DNA of 63,437 nucleotides, counting the filler, from Octopus bimaculoides (taxonomy: Eukaryota): assembly GCF_001194135.2 (NCBI RefSeq). It is 5 parts of 5 records of this genome, joined end to end, with 100 filler letters (N's around TTAATTAATTAA, not from the genome) between each part and the next. Parts side by side here need not be neighbours in the genome. Positions count along the whole stretch, not along the records: positions 49,004 to 63,437 come from NC_069006.1; 4 more parts are not named here. One strand, 5' to 3'. The notes under the pieces were generated by a model. The model saw nothing but the letters and a program-made list of their open reading frames with translations. It made no database searches and was not told the origin of the DNA. This document shows positions 63,238-63,437 of the stretch, one piece after another. How positions within the stretch are numbered: position 1 is the first letter of the stretch; each line of letters starts with the position of its first letter. The position numbers and the translations under genes are program-made.

Positions 63238-63437
63238 TTTCACACAAGCATGTGTGCGTGAACGTACGTATGTATGGGAATCATATGAAGTAGAGGGCGG
63301 AGAAAATGGTAAAGACAAGATAAGACAAAGCAAGATGTAAACAAGGAATGCAAGAACATCTAAGAAATAAAGACAAAAATAAACAAGCAAACAATATAAA
63401 AGAACGAAAAAAAACACGAAGAAAATATTTAAAAAAC

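Overview
Eukaryotic, AT-rich, gapped scaffold window made almost entirely of repeats. The SINE families, extreme microsatellite density and N-TTAATTAATTAA-N gap spacers resemble, from recall and not a search, an Octopus (cephalopod) assembly. No intact protein-coding gene can be identified. Most ORFs in the supplied track are artefacts of N-gaps, microsatellites or the antisense strand of transposon relics. Well-supported content: (1) a full-length 1,286-bp mariner with TIRs and TA TSD, and a second mariner-derived element built from two 5' ends, both nested in a ~5-kb R4/Dong-like RLE LINE whose RT frame is restored when they are removed; (2) a Helitron with both canonical termini; (3) at least four Penelope-like (PLE) RT/GIY-YIG relics; (4) RTE, BovB-like and Tx1 LINE fragments, Gypsy gag/RT/RNaseH pieces, hAT and Tigger relics; (5) more than 20 copies of three tRNA-derived SINE families. 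The most interesting signal is a candidate minimal hammerhead ribozyme in a PLE terminal repeat (37154-37198). A second copy is the exact turning point of a 270-bp palindrome (27965-28236), and several other large fold-backs have the same inverted-terminus architecture. Together these suggest PLE-driven generation of dsRNA hairpins. A CCAAT x3/TATA promoter-like module (45785-45990) and several splice-flanked open frames are low-confidence hints of host genes.
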